Of a stretch of 64,000 bases of DNA, positions 1-8,550 are shown piece after piece. A program made the position numbers and the translations under genes. Origin of the DNA: Chloroflexota bacterium (GTDB lineage Bacteria > Chloroflexota > Anaerolineae > Promineifilales > Promineifilaceae); the NCBI GenBank assembly GCA_002746795.1, contig PDQY01000100.1:29-64028 (forward strand), read 5' to 3'. How positions within the stretch are numbered: position 1 is the first letter of the stretch; each line of letters opens with the position of its first letter. Under the pieces are notes generated by a model that worked only from the letters and a program-made list of their open reading frames with translations, was not told where the DNA came from and made no database searches.

Positions 1-582
1 TTTGGCCTGGGTGGGCCAGGAAGCAGGATGGGCAAGTTTGTAGTGAGGACCGGCATCTTCTAAAATTTTCTCAATCCTGGCCACATCGGCTTCGGCTAAT
101 TGAGCATAGGTTTGGAAGCCGCCCGCCTTGAGCAATTCATCAATTTTAGGGCCAATACCTTCAATCTTTTTGAAATCGTCTGGCACCACCGGCACGGGTT
201 CAGGTTCTTCGGCAACCGGTGCTTCAACAACAGGTTCAGGTTCAGATGCTTCTTCTACAGCTTCAACAACGGCCGTTTCCGTTACAACAGGTTCTGCCGC
301 CACCACTTCCTCAGCCAACAAGGCAGAGCGAGTGGCTAAAGCATCTTCTTCTGCCTCAGCATATGCCACCGTCTCCTCTTCAGAAACAGCGGGGCCAGAA
401 ACTTGCCTGCTATCCTCTTCTTTCACTTCATCTAAATCTTCGTCACTAACGCCAAACCACCAACTGAAAAAGATGATAATGAAAAGAACAGCAATGATCA
501 AAAAGATGATAAGTAAGATGGGATCGACTGCTATGTCAGACTGTAAAGCGATAGAAAGCGAAATTGAATGTGCGGTCACCAT
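1..582 (-). CDS. membrane-anchored helix-hairpin-helix (DUF4332-like) protein; C-terminus runs off the window
   Basis: My own minus-strand translation; the ORF track omits it because it is open at the window edge. ATG at 582, with GGAGG at 586-590. Sequence: MVTAHSISLSIALQSDIAVD, then a TM helix PILLIIFLIIAVLFIIIFFSWWF, an acidic E/V/A linker, then DDFKKIEGIGPKIDELLKAGGFQTYAQLAEAD. The listed + ORF 128..625 is its low-complexity antisense shadow. Confidence 0.55.
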   Translation of the reverse strand, partial: MVTAHSISLSIALQSDIAVDPILLIIFLIIAVLFIIIFFSWWFGVSDEDLDEVKEEDSRQVSGPAVSEEETVAYAEAEEDALATRSALLAEEVVAAEPVVTETAVVEAVEEASEPEPVVEAPVAEEPEPVPVVPDDFKKIEGIGPKIDELLKAGGFQTYAQLAEADVARIEKILEDAGPHYKLAHPASWPTQAK

Positions 583-606
583 AAGCCTCCTGCAACAAAT
601 ATGTTT

Positions 607-672
607 CGTAAGGAACAGAAATTAAATAATACGACAAAGTCATTTCCTTACCGTTCCTTGAAACTGACAATG
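607..672 (-). repeat. structured intergenic repeat (SIR), A-type arm, inverted orientation
   Basis: The reverse complement reads CATTGTCAGTTTCAAGGAACGGTAAGGAAATGACTTTGTCGTATTATTTAATTTCTGTTCCTTACG. This aligns with the copies at 7446, 36433, 37614 and 61410. Confidence 0.7.
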
Positions 673-901
673 AACTTCCGTATTTTAGGGCATCGTTAAG
701 CCTAAGCGTATCAAATCATACCATTGACCAGAGAAAATTTCATCCTGAATTTGGGCAAGGGATTCGCCAGCCGGCAAGCACCAAGCATTCCATATTTTAG
801 TCTGACGAGACAGCAGCAGGGGCACTTTGGGCAAATCCACCAAAAAGAAGCATTAAGATTAAGGCCAGCAACCCTCGCTTCAGCCAATTTGTGTGGCGTT
901 T

Positions 902-1942
902 TTAGGTGGCGACAGCCTGGTAGGTGAAAGGTTCCAGATAAGCGTCAAAACCATCTTCCACCCCTTTGACAATCACGCTAATGGCATCGTGGGAGTGCAA
1001 GGACTCTTTATGCGAAGCAAACACGCGAAAATCATGGATGCGTTCGTCATTGTCCAACCCTTCATAGAGTAAACGCACCGCGTCCTCCACAAATTTCAAG
1101 TTAGCCGCATTAAGTTCGGCAAACGCTTGCTCATCTTCCCGTTTGACAATGACCTGGGTCTCCGTTTGCAAAGTTTCCCGGGCGATGTCGATCACATCTT
1201 CAATGCGCAGATCGCCATCATGCTCTATAGAGATTTTGGCGACGGAACGCTGGCTATGGGGCACAGCTGCCACACCACGCTTCAAGTTGGCATGGATGCT
1301 TAACTCATAGCTGCATGGGCAAGCAGAAGAGTACACAAAATCCAGATGCAAAAATTGACGCACGCCTTTTTCTGGGGTCACCACCGTTTCTAACACCACC
1401 GGATAATATTGGTAACCGGACAATCCGCTGCGCAAACTATTTTGTTTGAGGGGATAATCAAAAGCAATGGCAATACGCGCCGAGGAACTTTCCAAGTTTT
1501 CCAAATAACTATGGACGATATTCTGCAAGGTCACTGGATTGAGTTCGCTTTCGTCATATTCGTAGAATGTGCGCATGATACGGCTCATGTTGATGCCTTT
1601 CCTGTGAGCATCAAGGGAAACTGTGCCTGTTACTGAACAATGAACCGACAATAAATCTCCAGCGCGAGTGACGATTTTCATCGGAATTTTGAAATTGTGA
1701 ATGCCCACATGCTGAATGGCAATGTTAGCCCCACGGTTGTCAGCTGTGTTCTGCATATCGGGTAATGATGCTTTGTACGTAGGCGTGACCACAAATTCCC
1801 CATCGTAACGTTGTTGTAGATCGGTAACAAGGCGTGTTCCGGCAATTTTATCTGATTCTGTTGCGGTCACAGCGTGATCGGCATTGGTATCACGGCCGTT
1901 TCCGTTGACGGCTGAAGCAACCCCATTTATTAGCCTGTGCAT
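902..1942 (-). CDS. folE2: GTP cyclohydrolase IB (FolE2/MptA family)
   Basis: 346 aa with family-typical segments HSQRSVAKISIEH, VKREDEQAFAE and SLHSHDAISV. Confidence 0.8.
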   Translation of the reverse strand: MHRLINGVASAVNGNGRDTNADHAVTATESDKIAGTRLVTDLQQRYDGEFVVTPTYKASLPDMQNTADNRGANIAIQHVGIHNFKIPMKIVTRAGDLLSVHCSVTGTVSLDAHRKGINMSRIMRTFYEYDESELNPVTLQNIVHSYLENLESSSARIAIAFDYPLKQNSLRSGLSGYQYYPVVLETVVTPEKGVRQFLHLDFVYSSACPCSYELSIHANLKRGVAAVPHSQRSVAKISIEHDGDLRIEDVIDIARETLQTETQVIVKREDEQAFAELNAANLKFVEDAVRLLYEGLDNDERIHDFRVFASHKESLHSHDAISVIVKGVEDGFDAYLEPFTYQAVAT

Positions 1943-1992
1943 AATTTGTCTCCTATTGTTTGTGCTTTACATGCAGCTTTCACCTCTTTTCC

Positions 1993-2046
1993 CTTAAGGA
2001 GTGACGATGAAATAAATGGGGACTCATTTTTAGACGGTCATTAATG
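1993..2046 (+). repeat. SIR, short hybrid copy (A-type left end plus B-type right end)
   Basis: CTTAAGGAGTGACGATGAAATAAATGGGGACTCATTTTTAGACGGTCATTAATG. The left end matches 61410 and the right end matches 11940/63120. Confidence 0.6.
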
Positions 2047-2121
2047 AAAAGCACAATTCACATTTATTCCAATTATTTAGCTACCTGTTCCTTCACAACC
2101 TATTTTGGAGCAAAACATGAA

Positions 2122-3090
2122 TCATTTCCAATGTCGGCTTTGCCACCAAAATGCCGGTAACATCTTCAATTTATCCCACTTGGACACAAAAGCACGATAA
2201 TGAAACACATCATAATCATTCGCTTCAATACGCTTCAAAATACCACGATACAAACCAGCGGCAGCAGCAATGGCAAAACGGCCGTCTTTGTGCAGCATCT
2301 TAATACCTGGCCACGCCTCTTCATACAGTTGACGGGTGCGGTCAATTTGGAAACGCATAAATTCACGCCACTTCTCCGTGACCACCCCGGCCGCAATATC
2401 AGCTTCGGTGAGGCCAAAGGTGGCTAACTCTTCTTTGGGCAAATAGAGGCGACCACGCCGCCAATCCTCGCCGACATCCCGCAAGATATTGGTCATTTGC
2501 AAAGCTAAACCCAGTTTAACAGCATAGGAAATCGCTTTAGGAGCCGAGAAACCGATGATGTGCATACTCATCAACCCCACGGTCGAGGCCACACCATAGC
2601 TGTAAGTGGCCAACTCGGCAAAGGTTTCGTAACGGTTCTGGTACAAATCACGAGAAACCCCGCCTATCAGTTGTTCTGCATAACGAACTGGAATCCGGTA
2701 CCGCTGTCGGGTGTCAGCCCAAGCCAGAGCAACCCATTCTTGCTGCGGGGGATTATCTGAGAAAGCATGCCGGTGCCACTGAAGCAGGTTTTGCTGCACA
2801 TTCCCCTCAGGATTGTCAACAATATCATCCGTAATACGACAAAAAGCATACAAAGCTCTAACTGCCTGCCGTTTCTCTTCTGGCAGTAAACGTGACGCCA
2901 TATAAAAGGAAAGGCTGTGTTCAGCAGTGATGTCTTTGCACAAGGCATAAGCTTTTTGTAACAGATGATCTTCGGCGATAGGTTGGATAGCAACGGCCGT
3001 TTCCATATGCCAGGCATCTCCAGCCAACGATAACAACTGATTCTCCCAAGTTCGTGTTTGTGCCACTATAACTATCTCTCCTCGCACCAT
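2122..3090 (-). CDS. crtB: phytoene synthase
   Basis: Squalene/phytoene synthase motifs [13 protein letters not shown] and [18 protein letters not shown]. Divergent from crtI. Confidence 0.85.
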   Translation of the reverse strand: MVRGEIVIVAQTRTWENQLLSLAGDAWHMETAVAIQPIAEDHLLQKAYALCKDITAEHSLSFYMASRLLPEEKRQAVRALYAFCRITDDIVDNPEGNVQQNLLQWHRHAFSDNPPQQEWVALAWADTRQRYRIPVRYAEQLIGGVSRDLYQNRYETFAELATYSYGVASTVGLMSMHIIGFSAPKAISYAVKLGLALQMTNILRDVGEDWRRGRLYLPKEELATFGLTEADIAAGVVTEKWREFMRFQIDRTRQLYEEAWPGIKMLHKDGRFAIAAAAGLYRGILKRIEANDYDVFHYRAFVSKWDKLKMLPAFWWQSRHWK

Positions 3091-3168
3091 CCAAAATGAA
3101 ATTGAGCGTATCTGTCCAGCCTGAAAATAGGTTGAAATTTGTAATCAAGCCTGCTTTGGATGAAATTC

Positions 3169-3245
3169 AGCATAACAGAATAAAATGGTTTTGTCAATAT
3201 ATACCTGTACAAAATATTGACATTTCTAAGAAATCATGTTATTCT
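3169..3245. promoter_or_regulatory. back-to-back sigma70-like promoters for crtB (-) and crtI (+)
   Basis: + strand: TTGACA 3217-3222, 17-nt spacer, TATTCT 3240-3245. - strand: TTGACA (complement of 3192-3197), 17-nt spacer, TATGCT (complement of 3169-3174). The two -35 boxes form the inverted repeat TTGTCAATAT..ATATTGACA around a central TGTACA. Confidence 0.45.
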
Positions 3246-3295
3246 CGTGAGCATGGTAACACCTAACTCCCAGCAGGAATTAAAGGAAGAGACTC

Positions 3296-4822
3296 ATGTC
3301 CCAAAAAATCATCGTCATCGGCAGTGGGTTTGGCGGCTTGGGTGCCGCTGCTCGTTTAGCCGCTCACGGTTACAACGTTGAAATCTTTGAAAAACGAGAC
3401 AAACTCGGTGGTCGTGCCTACGTCTACGAAATAGACGGCTTTAAGTTCGACGGCGGGCCAACGGTAGTCACCGCCCCATTCATGTTCGATGACATCTTTG
3501 AACAAGCTGGCCGCAAACGGGAAGATTACATCGAGTTTGTACAACTTGACCCATTTTACCGCATCTTCAACCATGAAGGTCGTCATTTTGACTACAATGA
3601 TAATCCTGATTTCATCAAGAGCGAAATCGAAAAGTGGAACCCAGCAGATAAAGCGGGTTACGACAGGTTTATGTCAACCACACAAGCGATCTTTGAAAAA
3701 GGATTCATCGAACTGGCCGACAAGCCTTTTTTAAGCATTAAAGATATGCTCAAAGTGGCACCCGACTTGATCAAGTTACAATCCTACAAATCAGTTTACA
3801 AATACGCTTCGCAATTCATTGAGAATGATTTTCTGCGTCAAGTCTTCTCATTTCATCCCTTACTCATTGGTGGCAACCCCTTTGATTCATCATCGATTTA
3901 CGCCATGATCCATTACCTGGAGCGAGAGTGGGGCATTCATTTTGCGATGGGAGGCACAGGCACCATTGTCGATGGGCTGGCCAAACTCATTACAGAACTG
4001 GGCGGCACATTCCACTTGAATGCAGAAGTTGAAGAGATACTGGTAAACGGCCGTTCTGCCACCGGTATTCGTCTCGCTGATGGCACCATTCATCGAGCCG
4101 ATCACATCATCTCCAACGCCGACATCGCCTGGACCTACCTCAACATGATCCCGTCCAAAGCTCGCAGCCTGCGCAACTCAGACACCCGCTACAAGAAACT
4201 GACCAAATACTCCATGTCCTCCTTCGTCATCTACTTTGGCACAAAAAAACGGTACCTCGACTCCGAACTGATGCAGCACAACATCATCCTCGGCCCCCGC
4301 TACAAAGGTTTGCTCACAGACATCTTCAACAAGAAAATTTTAGCCAACGATTTCTCACTCTATCTCCACATGCCCACCATCACCGACCCCTCCCTGGCGC
4401 CCGAAGGACATGAAACATTCTACGCCCTCTCCCCAGTGCCCCACCTGGGAGCCGACATCGACTGGACAAAAGCCGCCAAACCCTACCGGGATGCCATCAT
4501 GCAATTCCTGGAAGACAACTACCTGCCCGACCTGCAAGCCAATATCGTGGTAGAACACACCATCGACCCGCTCCACTTCCAAAACGACCTAAACAGCCAC
4601 CTGGGTGCCGGTTTCTCCATCCAGCCAGTGCTAACCCAATCAGCCTGGTTCCGCCCCCATAACCGTTCAGAAGATTTTGACAACCTCTATTTTGTGGGTG
4701 CTGGCACCCACCCTGGCGCCGGCTTACCTGGCGTCCTCTCTTCCTCAAAAATTGCTGAAGAGCTCATCATCAACACCAAGCCGCTGCCCGTTCCCAACCA
4801 CACAGTAAACAGTGGCCAATGA
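3296..4822 (+). CDS. crtI: phytoene desaturase (CrtI family)
   Basis: N-terminal FAD fold [18 protein letters not shown] and C-terminal [15 protein letters not shown]. 508 aa. Confidence 0.85.
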   Translation: MSQKIIVIGSGFGGLGAAARLAAHGYNVEIFEKRDKLGGRAYVYEIDGFKFDGGPTVVTAPFMFDDIFEQAGRKREDYIEFVQLDPFYRIFNHEGRHFDYNDNPDFIKSEIEKWNPADKAGYDRFMSTTQAIFEKGFIELADKPFLSIKDMLKVAPDLIKLQSYKSVYKYASQFIENDFLRQVFSFHPLLIGGNPFDSSSIYAMIHYLEREWGIHFAMGGTGTIVDGLAKLITELGGTFHLNAEVEEILVNGRSATGIRLADGTIHRADHIISNADIAWTYLNMIPSKARSLRNSDTRYKKLTKYSMSSFVIYFGTKKRYLDSELMQHNIILGPRYKGLLTDIFNKKILANDFSLYLHMPTITDPSLAPEGHETFYALSPVPHLGADIDWTKAAKPYRDAIMQFLEDNYLPDLQANIVVEHTIDPLHFQNDLNSHLGAGFSIQPVLTQSAWFRPHNRSEDFDNLYFVGAGTHPGAGLPGVLSSSKIAEELIINTKPLPVPNHTVNSGQ

Positions 4823-4911
4823 CCACAGATAGCCTAACTGACCCCTAATGACTGATTATCGTTCAGTGAACACCCATCTGTTCAGTGAACACCGATTACT
4901 AAAAAAACATC

Positions 4912-6312
4912 ATGTCCAAAAACAAACCCTCTTGCCCACTCCCCATTGCTGAAGGCAAACAAGGCTTGACGATACTCAAAGGATTGCTGAAAGATCGCTC
5001 CCTGTTAACGGCTTTATCGCTGATGCGGAAACATGTGGGGCCGATCTTCCAGATTACGCTACCCAAATTCAAACCAGCAGTCGCTATCGGGTCAAAACCG
5101 AACCGCGAACTACTGGTTAGTAACCGGCACGCATACAGTTGGCGCAACGAACAGGATCCAGTAGTCAAACTACTGCGTCAAGGCATTCTCGTTGTGGATG
5201 GCGAAGAACACGACCAACTCCGCGCACTCATGGATCCACCGCTGCACCGCCGCAATGTCATCCCCCATATTCCCGATTTCTGGCGTTATACCAATGCTGT
5301 GATTGACACCTGGGAAGATGGCGGCACAGTTGACATGCTGGTAGAAATGCGCAAAGTAGCGCTGCTCATTCTCATGGGCACTTTATTTCACATCGACTTT
5401 GCGCCAGACATGGACCGCTTGTGGCAGCCCATCCTCAAAGCCATTGCCTACATCTCACCCGGCTTTTGGATTGTGGCGCCCAATTTGCCCCGTCCAGGCT
5501 ACCAAAAACACCTTAACGTATTAGATGACTATCTGTACCAAATCATCAAACAACGGCGCACTGAGCTGGAAAACAGTTCCAGCGCAACTGATGGTGACCT
5601 GCTCGCCAAACTCATCAACGAAGGATTGGATGACGACCTCATCCGTGACCAACTACTGACTATGCTCATCGCTGGTCACGATACCAGCACCGCCCTCCTG
5701 TCCTGGGTGTGGTATCTGTTGGGCACGAATCCTGAAGCGATGGCACAGGCGAAGGCGGAAGTTGATTCACTATTCAGTCAGCCAGATTCAGCAAACAGTA
5801 AACCGATGACCGAGCCCCAATCACCGACCACCGCTCACGCCCCCACCATTAAGCAGCTCAATCAACTCACCTACCTCGATATGGTCATCAAAGAAGCGCT
5901 GCGGCTGTATCCACCAATTCATGTGGGCAACCGGCGTGCCATTGAAGACATGAAGCTGTTGGATTATGACATCGCGCAAGATACGCGGGTGATGTATTCT
6001 ATCTACCTGTCGCATCGGGATGAACGGTATTGGGAGGAGCCAGAGAAGTTTTGCCCCTATCGGTTTGATAAAAACCAGATGCGGGCAGGGAAACGCCCGC
6101 CGTTGACTTATGTGCCATTTGGTGGAGGTCCGCGCAACTGTATTGGCGCAGCTTTTGCCCAGGTTGAGAGCAAGGTGGTACTAGCTCGTATCCTGCAATG
6201 CTTCGACCTGGAACTGCTCAATGGTGACAAAATTAAGCCTTACATGGGAGCAACATTAGAACCTAAACCAGGGGTTCTTATGCGGGTGAGCCGCCGGGAA
6301 GGTCATCGATGA
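4912..6312 (+). CDS. cytochrome P450, probable carotenoid hydroxylase
   Basis: Heme loop FGGGPRNCIGAAFA and I-helix AGHDTST. It sits inside the carotenoid cluster. The stop overlaps the next start (ATGA). Confidence 0.8.
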   Translation: MSKNKPSCPLPIAEGKQGLTILKGLLKDRSLLTALSLMRKHVGPIFQITLPKFKPAVAIGSKPNRELLVSNRHAYSWRNEQDPVVKLLRQGILVVDGEEHDQLRALMDPPLHRRNVIPHIPDFWRYTNAVIDTWEDGGTVDMLVEMRKVALLILMGTLFHIDFAPDMDRLWQPILKAIAYISPGFWIVAPNLPRPGYQKHLNVLDDYLYQIIKQRRTELENSSSATDGDLLAKLINEGLDDDLIRDQLLTMLIAGHDTSTALLSWVWYLLGTNPEAMAQAKAEVDSLFSQPDSANSKPMTEPQSPTTAHAPTIKQLNQLTYLDMVIKEALRLYPPIHVGNRRAIEDMKLLDYDIAQDTRVMYSIYLSHRDERYWEEPEKFCPYRFDKNQMRAGKRPPLTYVPFGGGPRNCIGAAFAQVESKVVLARILQCFDLELLNGDKIKPYMGATLEPKPGVLMRVSRREGHR

Positions 6313-7436
6313 GCCATTTTGAACGCTGGCAGAAGACGTTTATGTTATCGCTTTTGGCACCAGCGCTAGGTTTCTATGCAGAGCGCAGGTACCAATCATT
6401 GCCACCGCTGTCACCGGCAAACGGAATGAGGCTTCACCGGGATGTCTCAGGCGATAAACCATTACCATCGCTTTCGATTATCGTTCCTGCCCGGAATGAA
6501 GCGGCCAACTTGCAATATTTACTGCCTTCACTACAGGCAGTGGCGTATGCCGGGCCGATTGAGGTGATTGTGGTGGATGATAATTCTGAGGATGAAACGG
6601 CCGTTATCGCGCAAGCATATCGCACCAAAGTCATTCGTCTCACAGAATTGCCTCCTGGGTGGGTGGGCAAGCCCCATGCCATGTATCACGGGGCAGCCGC
6701 CGCCAAGGGGGAGTGGCTCCTCTTCACAGATGCAGACACCATTCACGCTCCATCCGGTCCAGAAGAAGCGGTGCGCTATGCAATCAAACACAATCTTGAC
6801 GGTTTAAGTTTATTCCTGGAGCAGGAGTGCCACAGCATGGGAGACCGGTTGGCATTGATGGCAGCTTTTGCCGGGCTGTTCACCGCCTGGCCGCGAGATT
6901 CCGCTTATCTCAACGGCCAATATCTGCTCATCCGGCGGGATGTATACGAGGAAAGTGGTGGCATAACGACCGTTCGCCATGAAACATTAGAAGACCTCGC
7001 CCTGGGAAAGCACCTGAGAAAATCCGGCTACAACGTGCCCATGATGCGCGGCGAGAACGCCGCCAAAGTGCGCATGTACCACAACAATCAGGAAATGTGG
7101 CACGGCATGAACCGGCTTGGTTCCCAATCATTGCGCTTCTCTGGTCTGCGTTCACTCATCACCATCTTTTTTATCACCATTGCCATGAATCCGTTGTTAG
7201 TGCTTTTTGCCGTCATGTCTGGCAAGGTTCGCCGCCGCTGGCTGCCTCTCACCTGGGGTGCTGTCTTCATCGGCTTTTTGCCCTGGGCTAAACGGTACGG
7301 TTCCCTCGCTTATGCCGCCTTGTCTCCCATCGGAGCCCTCATCGTACAAATCGCTAGTTTCTGGGGAATTATCCGCCACGTATTCAAAAAAGGTATCCAC
7401 TGGAAAGGCAGAATCGTTCAACAAAACGATGTCTGA
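6309..7436 (+). CDS. family 2 glycosyltransferase with C-terminal membrane domain (CruC-like carotenoid glycosyltransferase candidate)
   Basis: IIVPARNEAANL, VVDDNSEDET and FTDADT motifs. The C-terminal third is hydrophobic. Translationally coupled to the P450. Confidence 0.7.
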   Translation: MSHFERWQKTFMLSLLAPALGFYAERRYQSLPPLSPANGMRLHRDVSGDKPLPSLSIIVPARNEAANLQYLLPSLQAVAYAGPIEVIVVDDNSEDETAVIAQAYRTKVIRLTELPPGWVGKPHAMYHGAAAAKGEWLLFTDADTIHAPSGPEEAVRYAIKHNLDGLSLFLEQECHSMGDRLALMAAFAGLFTAWPRDSAYLNGQYLLIRRDVYEESGGITTVRHETLEDLALGKHLRKSGYNVPMMRGENAAKVRMYHNNQEMWHGMNRLGSQSLRFSGLRSLITIFFITIAMNPLLVLFAVMSGKVRRRWLPLTWGAVFIGFLPWAKRYGSLAYAALSPIGALIVQIASFWGIIRHVFKKGIHWKGRIVQQNDV

Positions 7437-7445
7437 TAAATGGCC

Positions 7446-7540
7446 AGGAGTGACAATGAAAGGCGACATTGTATCGTCAGTTTCAAGGAACGGTAAGGGA
7501 ACGACTTCGTCGTCTTATTTATTTAATTCCCGTTCCTAAG
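7446..7540 (+). repeat. SIR, A-type
   Basis: GGAGTGACAATGAAAGGCGACATTGTATCGTCAGTTTCAAGGAACGGTAAGGGAACGACTTCGTCGTCTTATTTATTTAATTCCCGTTCCTAAG, lying between the GT2 stop and the cyclase start. Confidence 0.75.
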
Positions 7541-7550
7541 TGATGAACCT

Positions 7551-7571
7551 GTTCATCGTTCATCGTTCATC
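7551..7571 (+). repeat. tandem heptanucleotide repeat (GTTCATC)x3
   Basis: Three perfect direct units immediately upstream of the cyclase start. Confidence 0.8.
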
Positions 7572-7573
7572 AT

Positions 7574-8410
7574 TTGGATCTTCTTATGACTTACTTTGGT
7601 TTTCTCGCAAGCTTTGTTGGTACGCCCATTATCATTTTGTTGATTTTAGCGTGGCAAGATAAAAAACGGGGCATCGGGTTCCCCAAGCGTTTCAATTCTT
7701 ATTCACCCTGGCTCGTGCTGCTGCTCCACATCGCCATCGCCGTGGTTTATACCACGCCATGGGACAATTATTTGGTGGCAACTCGCGTCTGGTGGTATGA
7801 CCCGAGCTTGGTCACAGGCATTGTCATCGGCTGGGTGCCAATTGAAGAGTATACCTTCTTCATCGCCCAAACCATCATGACCGGCCTCTGGCTCCTCTTC
7901 TGGATGCGGCGTACTCGTCCTTCATCCTTCATCCTTCATCCGTCACCATTTAAAGAAAGCTCGCGCTTGCGCTTGATAGTAACGGGGATAACGGCCGTTT
8001 TCTGGGCAATGATGGTGGGCATTCTTATCTTGGGCTGGCAACCAGGTACATATCTGGCTTTAGAGCTATCCTGGGCACTCATTCCCATCATGATCCAGCT
8101 CGCCTTTGGCTGCGACATTTTATGGCATTATCGTCGGTTAGTGCTGTTGGGAATCATCCCCCCCACCCTGTACCTTTCCTTTGCCGATGTCCTGGCCATC
8201 AACTCCGGTACCTGGACCATTGATCCAGCCCAGTCCCTCAACATCTTCATCGGCAGCCTGCCAGTCGAAGAACTCATCTTCTTCTTGCTGACCAACACCT
8301 TACTCATGTTTGGTATGACGCTCGCTCTAGCGGCCGAAAGCCAACCGCGCCTCCAGCATTTCAAAGCCATGATCACCGGTAAATCTGATCCACAAAGAGC
8401 AGTTGACTGA
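7574..8410 (+). CDS. lycopene cyclase, fused CrtYc/CrtYd type
   Basis: Two polytopic halves, each with the PxEE motif (PIEEYTFF and PVEELIFF), plus WDNYLVATRVWWY. The track start is TTG 7574; ATG 7586 is an alternative start. Confidence 0.7.
   Translation: MDLLMTYFGFLASFVGTPIIILLILAWQDKKRGIGFPKRFNSYSPWLVLLLHIAIAVVYTTPWDNYLVATRVWWYDPSLVTGIVIGWVPIEEYTFFIAQTIMTGLWLLFWMRRTRPSSFILHPSPFKESSRLRLIVTGITAVFWAMMVGILILGWQPGTYLALELSWALIPIMIQLAFGCDILWHYRRLVLLGIIPPTLYLSFADVLAINSGTWTIDPAQSLNIFIGSLPVEELIFFLLTNTLLMFGMTLALAAESQPRLQHFKAMITGKSDPQRAVD
7921..7941 (+). repeat. in-frame tandem heptanucleotide repeat (TTCATCC)x3 inside the cyclase gene
   Basis: 21 nt encoding SSFILHP in the linker between the two cyclase halves. 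Confidence 0.75.
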
Positions 8411-8446
8411 TTTCAGAAAAAATCAATGGGGTGCCTTCATTTTCAT

Positions 8447-8550
8447 CTTGTTGAGTGACCGTCTAGAAATAATATCCCTGTTTACAGATGGTCAGGTCGC
8501 TTGAAACACATCCAGCAATTCCGTATTTTATTTCACCGTCACTCCTTAAG
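8447..8550 (-). repeat. SIR, hybrid copy, inverted orientation
   Basis: The reverse complement reads CTTAAGGAGTGACGGTGAAATAAAATACGGAATTGC...ATTTCTAGACGGTCACTCAACAAG. Its terminal CTTAAG contains the kinase stop codon. Confidence 0.65.

Noticed and set aside
128-625. A 165-aa + strand ORF rich in S/T/A/G, plus the overlapping ORFs 100..339 and 219..449.
   Set aside because: It is the low-complexity antisense shadow of the minus-strand HhH membrane protein. That gene has an RBS, a TM helix and a recognisable C-terminal domain.
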